From: Candidatus Magasanikiibacteriota bacterium
Lineage (GTDB): Bacteria > Patescibacteriota > Patescibacteriia > Magasanikbacterales > UBA922
Assembly (NCBI GenBank): GCA_043809645.1
Contig: JBDROX010000044.1
Location: 767-64,766, forward strand
Direction of reading: 5' to 3'
Length of the DNA: 64,000 nucleotides
Below are positions 59,157 through 64,000 of the stretch, one piece after another. A model generated the notes under the pieces. That model was not told the DNA's origin and searched no databases. It saw only the letters and a list, made by a program, of their open reading frames with translations. Position 1 is the first letter of the stretch, and each line of letters opens with the position of its first letter. The position numbers were made by a program, and so were the translations under genes.

Positions 59157-61303
59157 TCATACCGCACAATACCTCTTTCATTGTTGACCCGATAGTGTGC
59201 GATCGCGAGCTTTAGCTTGTGATAATCGAACTTTCCATCAAAACGCTCGTGGAGCGTTTTTAGTTTTTTTGGAACCCCTTTTTCTTTCAGGGACTCGATG
59301 ATTTTTTTCAGATCATGTCGATCAATAAATTTTGAAATATCTATATCATGACCTTTTTCATACATGTCTGCTAGGTGGCCGTAGATAGTCTGCTCTGAGA
59401 GGTTTCTTTCTCTGGCAATCTGTGGGACGGGCATGTTTTGTCTGAAGTATGCATAGGTGACTTCCTGCGTTGTGCCTTGGATTTTCTTTCCACCCTTATC
59501 CCGCTCCTTCATATATGCTGTGATGGCATCAATGAATTGATTTCCGTATGATGCATACTTCTTGTCGCCAACGCCAGAGATCTGTTTCATAGATTCCTCT
59601 GTGATCGGCATGTCTGCAGCCATAGCATCGAGCGTGGAATCATTGAAGACCAGGTATGGTGGAATATTGAGCTTATGAGCAATAGACTTTCTCAGCTCTC
59701 GGAGTCTGTCAAAGAGTTCTTCTTCTGCTTCTTTTCTCTTTGAGACCACACGGCCTTTTCTGGTGTGCTCCAGTGCTCGGTCTTCGATCGATGCAATCGT
59801 AACGAATTGGACATTTCTATTTCCTAACAGCACTTCCTTTCCAATATCTGTTAATGTGAGTGCATTTCCTCTGTCATAGGCTATTCCAACCAGGCCCATA
59901 TTGAGCATTTGGAGAATATATTGTTGCCAGTGAGGTGAAGACATATCTTTTCCTTTTCCGTATGTTTTGATCGTATTAAATCCATGACTCATCACATCAT
60001 ACTTTTCCGAACCACGGAGGATGTCGATCAGCATGCCAGCAGCCACAGACTCCTTTGTTCGTGCAATAGCTGACAAGGCTATTTGCGCGATTCTGGAGCC
60101 ATCAAAGAGTTCTGGGGGATTCTCACACACATCGCAGTTATTGCAGTTTTCTTCTTGCCCTTCGTCAAAATAGGAGAGCAATATTTTTCTTCTGCAGATC
60201 AGCGCGTCGGCATACTGTTGCATGCGTTCGAGCTTTGCAATTTGGAGATCTGGCTGTCCGCTTTCAATAGCAAATTTTTTCAGGAGTACTACATCTGCCA
60301 GTGTGTAGAAGAGGAGTGTGTCGCTCGGAAGTCCGTCGCGTCCGGCTCTCCCGATTTCTTGATAGTACCCTTCAATATTTTTTGGCAAATTATGATGAAT
60401 GACAAAGCGAACATTCGACTTATCTATTCCCATACCAAAGGCAATGGTGGCCACAATGATATCTGTGCGTCCATGGATGAAGTCCTCTTGAACAGATGTT
60501 CTCTCGTGGGATTGCATGCCAGCGTGGTAGTAGGCTGCACTTATGTTTTCAGCCACCAGAGCATCGGCTACGCGTTCTGTCTGCTTTCTACTGAGGCAGT
60601 AGATGATACCAGACTCTCCTGGTCTTCTTTTGACAAAATGAATAATTTTTTCCTTTCGCTTTCTGGCTGGGAGGACAGTCAGTTTGAGATTTGGTCTGTC
60701 AAAGGAGGAGATGAAGATCTCTGGATGTTGCAGCGAGAGCTGGTAGACAATATCTTTTCGGGTGAGCTTGTCAGCTGTGGCAGTGAGGGCAATCACAGGC
60801 ACCTTTGGGAACGATGCCTTTATCTTCCTCAGCTGGGTATATTCTCTTCGAAAATCATGACCCCACGACGAGATACAATGGGCTTCATCTATAGCAAAGA
60901 GGCTAATATCTAGTTCATGAAGGAAATATTGAAAATCCTCAGACACCAGCTTTTCTGGTGACACATAGAGGAGCTTCACCTCACCACTTTTTGCACCATC
61001 CATGATGTCTCGCACCTCTGCTGGGTGGACACTGCTGTTGATATACGCGGCACGCACACCATTTTCGACCAGCCCCTCTACCTGGTCTTTCATCAGGGCA
61101 ATGAGCGGAGACACCACAATAGTCACGCCTGGCATGAGGATGCCTGGCAGCTGGTAACATAGTGACTTTCCTCCACCTGTTGGCATCAGAACCACAGTGT
61201 CTTTCCCATCCAGCACAGCCTGAATAATGTCCTCCTGCATAGGACGGAAGGAGTTGAAGCCAAAATATTTCTTTAATGTTTGTTTTGCGTCTTGAATCGT
61301 CAT
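59153..61303 (-). CDS. recQ: ATP-dependent DNA helicase RecQ (716 aa, C-terminal HRDC/wHTH extension)
   Basis: MPTGGGKSLCYQLP, DEAHCISSWGHDFR, RecQ Zn-finger Cys. Confidence 0.9.
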   Translation of the reverse strand: MTIQDAKQTLKKYFGFNSFRPMQEDIIQAVLDGKDTVVLMPTGGGKSLCYQLPGILMPGVTIVVSPLIALMKDQVEGLVENGVRAAYINSSVHPAEVRDIMDGAKSGEVKLLYVSPEKLVSEDFQYFLHELDISLFAIDEAHCISSWGHDFRREYTQLRKIKASFPKVPVIALTATADKLTRKDIVYQLSLQHPEIFISSFDRPNLKLTVLPARKRKEKIIHFVKRRPGESGIIYCLSRKQTERVADALVAENISAAYYHAGMQSHERTSVQEDFIHGRTDIIVATIAFGMGIDKSNVRFVIHHNLPKNIEGYYQEIGRAGRDGLPSDTLLFYTLADVVLLKKFAIESGQPDLQIAKLERMQQYADALICRRKILLSYFDEGQEENCNNCDVCENPPELFDGSRIAQIALSAIARTKESVAAGMLIDILRGSEKYDVMSHGFNTIKTYGKGKDMSSPHWQQYILQMLNMGLVGIAYDRGNALTLTDIGKEVLLGNRNVQFVTIASIEDRALEHTRKGRVVSKRKEAEEELFDRLRELRKSIAHKLNIPPYLVFNDSTLDAMAADMPITEESMKQISGVGDKKYASYGNQFIDAITAYMKERDKGGKKIQGTTQEVTYAYFRQNMPVPQIARERNLSEQTIYGHLADMYEKGHDIDISKFIDRHDLKKIIESLKEKGVPKKLKTLHERFDGKFDYHKLKLAIAHYRVNNERGIVRYD

Positions 61304-61536
61304 GAGAAGAGGTTTTCTTTTTCTTTCTTTGAAAGTTGTTTTATTTCATACTCTCGTTTCGTCGCAGTACTTCTGTCTTTGCACTGCTCTGTATACACGA
61401 GTTCAAAAGGGAGACGCGCGCGGACGTATTTTGATCCTGTTCCAGCTCTGTGCATTTCCAATCTTTTCTCTAGATCCCGGGCAATGCCGGTGTAGAGGGA
61501 GGAGTCTGCGCATTTTATGATGTAGAGGGTGTACAT
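61300..61536 (-). CDS. Small GIY-YIG nuclease-family protein (UPF0213-like); stop overlaps recQ start (ATGA)
   Basis: MYTLYIIKCADSSLYTGIARDLEKRLEMH ... GIY-YIG pattern. Confidence 0.8.
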   Translation of the reverse strand: MYTLYIIKCADSSLYTGIARDLEKRLEMHRAGTGSKYVRARLPFELVYTEQCKDRSTATKREYEIKQLSKKEKENLFS

Positions 61537-61634
61537 AGTTGGGGTATTGTAGCAGAGGGAGGGATTTTTGCATATTTTGATGAGTATGCGTCCTTGTTTT
61601 GGTCGGTATTGTTTCATGGTACAATATAGGGACT

Positions 61635-61892
61635 ATGAAAAAAATAGAAAACAAAAATTTTCCAAAAGGTGAGATTGTGATATATAAGGCAAAAGACGGC
61701 GATATTGAATTGAAAGTAAAGCTCGAAAAAGAAACAATTTGGCTGGATGCTCATCAAATAGCGTTAATTTTTGATGTCAATCGTCCAGCCATTGTTAAGC
61801 ATGTCAATAATATTTACAAGACAAGTGAGTTGGATAAAGAAGCAACCTGTTCCATTTTGGAACAGGTTGCAACCGATGGAAAAGTATATTAA
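61635..61892 (+). pseudogene. RhuM-family (virulence protein RhuM / Fic-associated) N-terminal fragment, about 85 of about 330 aa
   Basis: IVIYKAKDGDIELKVKLEKETIWLDAHQIALIFDVNRPAIVKHVNNIY...DGKVY matches the RhuM N-terminus; the frame then closes and downstream sequence carries only frame-shifted remnants. Confidence 0.6.
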
Positions 61893-62050
61893 ACCAGGTG
61901 TCCGGAAATTCCGGATAGCTCAGGCGGAAGGGTGAAAATCAATGACAATGCACTCGTCGCATTAGCTCTTTTGGTTGCCGAGAGTCGGGCAAAGGATAAG
62001 GATGTGATGATCGCGCTTATTACGAATTTGTTGGGCTAATTCTCTCACTA

Positions 62051-62109
62051 AAAATCCGTTCGAAAGAGCGGATTTTTTTGATTGACCCTAGGGTGGGGGG
62101 TGGTATAAT
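62051..62109 (+). promoter_or_regulatory. Repeat module R1: terminator hairpin ATCCGTTC-gaaa-GAGCGGAT-T7 followed by promoter TTGACC-N15-TGgTATAAT; ATG of the Bro-N gene 10 nt later
   Basis: Same module recurs at 62757-62800 (R2, promoter part diverged) and 63433-63489 (R3). Confidence 0.5.
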
Positions 62110-62119
62110 TTTTATACAT

Positions 62120-62473
62120 ATGCCAAATCAACATACAAATAAAGCAATAGTTCTTTTTGAAGAAACTCCTGTCCGTAGAAAATGGGTTGAAAAAGAAGAA
62201 AAATGGTATTTTTCTATTGTTGATGTTATTACTGTTTTGACAGAGAGTAAGGATCCTTCTGGGTATATTAAAGATATGAAACGTCGAGATGAAGGAATTT
62301 CCGAAGGGTGGGGGCAAATTGCCACCCCCCTTGTATTAGAGACAAAAGGAGGTCCACAAAAAGTAAATTGTGCTCATGTAGAGGATATTTTTCGAATTAT
62401 TCAGTCAATTCCGTCAAAAAAAGCCGAGCCTTTTAAGTTGTGGCTGGCTAAGGTTGGCTATGAAAGGATTTGA
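62120..62473 (+). CDS. Bro-N/DinD-like protein, N-terminal part (start taken at MPNQHT)
   Basis: KWYFSIVDVITVL ... Bro-N-like motif; continues in +1 frame as next ORF. Confidence 0.55.
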   Translation: MPNQHTNKAIVLFEETPVRRKWVEKEEKWYFSIVDVITVLTESKDPSGYIKDMKRRDEGISEGWGQIATPLVLETKGGPQKVNCAHVEDIFRIIQSIPSKKAEPFKLWLAKVGYERI

Positions 62474-62730
62474 AAAATCTTGATAATGAAAATTTGCGCG
62501 ATGCCATGACTGAAGCGGAATTGCTTTTTACAGCACTCGCAGAATTATCAACTACGCAGATTGCTAAAAAAGACGAGGCAAAAGGCTATGATGAGAATGC
62601 CAAGTCGGCTAAAAAGGGCGGCGGGATCGCCAAAAATGCCAGACAGCAGCTGGAAGAGGCGACTGGAGAGAGTGTTGTGAATGATGAGAATTATTTGGCG
62701 TCTGGTGGAGATACGATGAAGTTGGAATAA
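62470..62730 (+). CDS. DinD-like C-terminal part (TTG start in track; probably frameshifted continuation of 62120-62473)
   Basis: MTEAELLFTALAELSTTQIAK...GGGIAKNARQQLE resembles the DinD C-terminus. Confidence 0.45.
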   Translation: MKNLDNENLRDAMTEAELLFTALAELSTTQIAKKDEAKGYDENAKSAKKGGGIAKNARQQLEEATGESVVNDENYLASGGDTMKLE

Positions 62731-62756
62731 TAGTTTAAGAGATTTTCTGTAACAGA

Positions 62757-62800
62757 AATCCGTTCGAAAGAGCGGATTTTTTGATGTATACTATACGCTC
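62757..62800 (+). promoter_or_regulatory. Repeat module R2 (terminator hairpin copy AATCCGTTCGAAAGAGCGGATTTTTTG) upstream of mntP
   Basis: Near-identical to R1 hairpin. Confidence 0.45.
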
Positions 62801-62821
62801 TACACTGTACAAATATATATT

Positions 62822-63388
62822 ATGGATATTATCTCTCTCCTCCTCATCGCACTATCTCTGGCGCTCGATGCCTCTGCAGTGTCACTGGCAACTGGAGCCG
62901 GCCATATGCGCATTACATACGGGCGATCATTGTTTATCGCGTGCATGTTCGGTCTGTTTCAGTTTGGTATGCCGCTCCTAGGGTATCTCTTTGGCTTCCA
63001 GTTCGCCGGCATTGTGGAGACGTACGCCCACTGGATTGCATTTGGACTGCTTTCCTCTATAGGCGTCCGGATGGTCTATCTGGCGTTTTCTAGAGATGCG
63101 ACAGAGCAGACTGCGCACAAGAAAAATATCTTTCACCTCTCTGTACTCCTACTCTTGGCTCTGGCGACCAGTATTGATGCGTTTGTGGTCGGTATTACAT
63201 TTGCTTTTTTGGACGTTGCTATTTTTTCTGCCTCTGCGATTATCGGTGTGGTGACGTTTGCTCTCAGTTTTGTGAGTGTATATATTGGGAAGAAGTTTGG
63301 TGAGTTGTTTGGTGACAGGGTAGAGGTGGTTGGTGGCGCAGTGCTGATTGTACTTGGGTTGAAGATTTTGGTGGAGGGGTTGTTTTAG
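62822..63388 (+). CDS. mntP: Manganese efflux pump MntP
   Basis: Duplicated DUF204 halves with LALDASAVSLA / ATSIDAFVVGI motifs. Confidence 0.85.
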   Translation: MDIISLLLIALSLALDASAVSLATGAGHMRITYGRSLFIACMFGLFQFGMPLLGYLFGFQFAGIVETYAHWIAFGLLSSIGVRMVYLAFSRDATEQTAHKKNIFHLSVLLLLALATSIDAFVVGITFAFLDVAIFSASAIIGVVTFALSFVSVYIGKKFGELFGDRVEVVGGAVLIVLGLKILVEGLF

Positions 63389-63432
63389 GGGGTTTTTATT
63401 TGGGGAATGGGGGAGTGGAGACGTGAGAGAAT

Positions 63433-63489
63433 TTGCTTGAAAGAGCGAGTTTTTTTTGAATTGACCCTACTTTGTTGCGGTGGTATGAT
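63433..63489 (+). promoter_or_regulatory. Repeat module R3: degenerate hairpin + promoter TTGACC-N17-TGgTATGAT upstream of hsdM
   Basis: Shares GAAAGAGCG..TTTTTTTGAATTGACCCTA with R1. Confidence 0.5.
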
Positions 63490-63552
63490 AGGTTACAACT
63501 AGTCATATACTACTCTAAAAATTTTTATGACAGAAGAACAAAAAAATACATT

Positions 63553-64000
63553 ATGACAAATTTAAACACAACTAAAGAACAGGAACGCGCTGAGCTACAT
63601 CGCGCCATTTGGCAGATTGCTAACGATCTACGCGGAAGCGTCGACGGATGGGACTTCAAACAATACGTTTTAGGGATGCTCTTTTATCGCTTCATCAGCG
63701 AAAACCTCACCAGCTACATCAATGAAGATGAGCGACGCGATGGAAACAAGGAATTTGATTACGCAAAACTGTCGGACAAAGAAGCTGAATTCGGACGAGC
63801 CGACACCGTGAAAGAAAAAGGCTTTTATATTTTACCTAGCGGACTTTTTGTAAACGTTCGCAAGAATGCCAGAAACGACGCAAATCTCAATGAAACCCTT
63901 GCTGCAGTTTTTCGTAATATTGAAAAATCTGCCAAAGGAACAGAAAGCGAACCCGACCTTAAAGGATTATTTGACGATCTTGATGTGAACTCCAATAAGC
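63553..64000 (+). CDS. hsdM: Type I restriction-modification methyltransferase subunit HsdM, N-terminal part (runs off window end)
   Basis: HsdM_N motifs (LHRAIWQIANDLRGSVDGWDFKQYVLGMLFYRFISE). Confidence 0.8.
   Translation, partial: MTNLNTTKEQERAELHRAIWQIANDLRGSVDGWDFKQYVLGMLFYRFISENLTSYINEDERRDGNKEFDYAKLSDKEAEFGRADTVKEKGFYILPSGLFVNVRKNARNDANLNETLAAVFRNIEKSAKGTESEPDLKGLFDDLDVNSNK

Noticed and set aside
62731-62821. yybP-ykoY manganese riboswitch upstream of mntP
   Set aside because: The leader is occupied by the R2 terminator-like hairpin and AT-rich sequence; none of the conserved riboswitch helices/motifs are visible.

Overview
Low-GC (about 40%) compact bacterial contig, probably from a small-genome uncultivated lineage; lineage cannot be determined from the sequence. 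Most of the window is housekeeping. Core content: a complete pyrimidine de novo cluster (canonical pyrB-pyrI, a CAD-like PyrC-carbamoyltransferase fusion, a tri-functional PyrD-PyrE-PyrF fusion); gatB; a T4-phage-like thymidylate/dNTP-precursor module (dCMP deaminase, gp1-like dNMP kinase, dut, thyA, a PPP phosphatase, folA, tmk-like); an interrupted secE-nusG-rplK-rplA ribosomal operon; gyrB (split by one in-frame TAG); a SEDS (FtsW/RodA) protein, rplY, prfA-prmC, rpmE, secG, RNase J, trpS, tRNA-Leu and tRNA-Asn; a copper locus (copA, HMA-membrane-cupredoxin fusion, copZ); an ECF sigma/anti-sigma pair, DoxX-VKOR, csp, PadR-PspC, PAP2-LssY, recQ. The left 6 kb is accessory. An IS110 remnant abuts an integron-like array of six small unrelated genes on the minus strand. 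The genes are separated by a family of 88-153 bp structured elements with attC-like core boxes (RYYYAAC ... GTTRRRY) and covarying stems, led by a sigma70 promoter and a lone core half-site. The array is bounded by a duplicated pyrF 3' end and a frameshifted FkbM methyltransferase. Other accessory features are a 1.2 kb high-GC island and, at the right end, a mobile/defence island (GIY-YIG, RhuM fragment, split DinD/Bro-N gene, mntP, type I RM hsdM) with repeated terminator-promoter modules.
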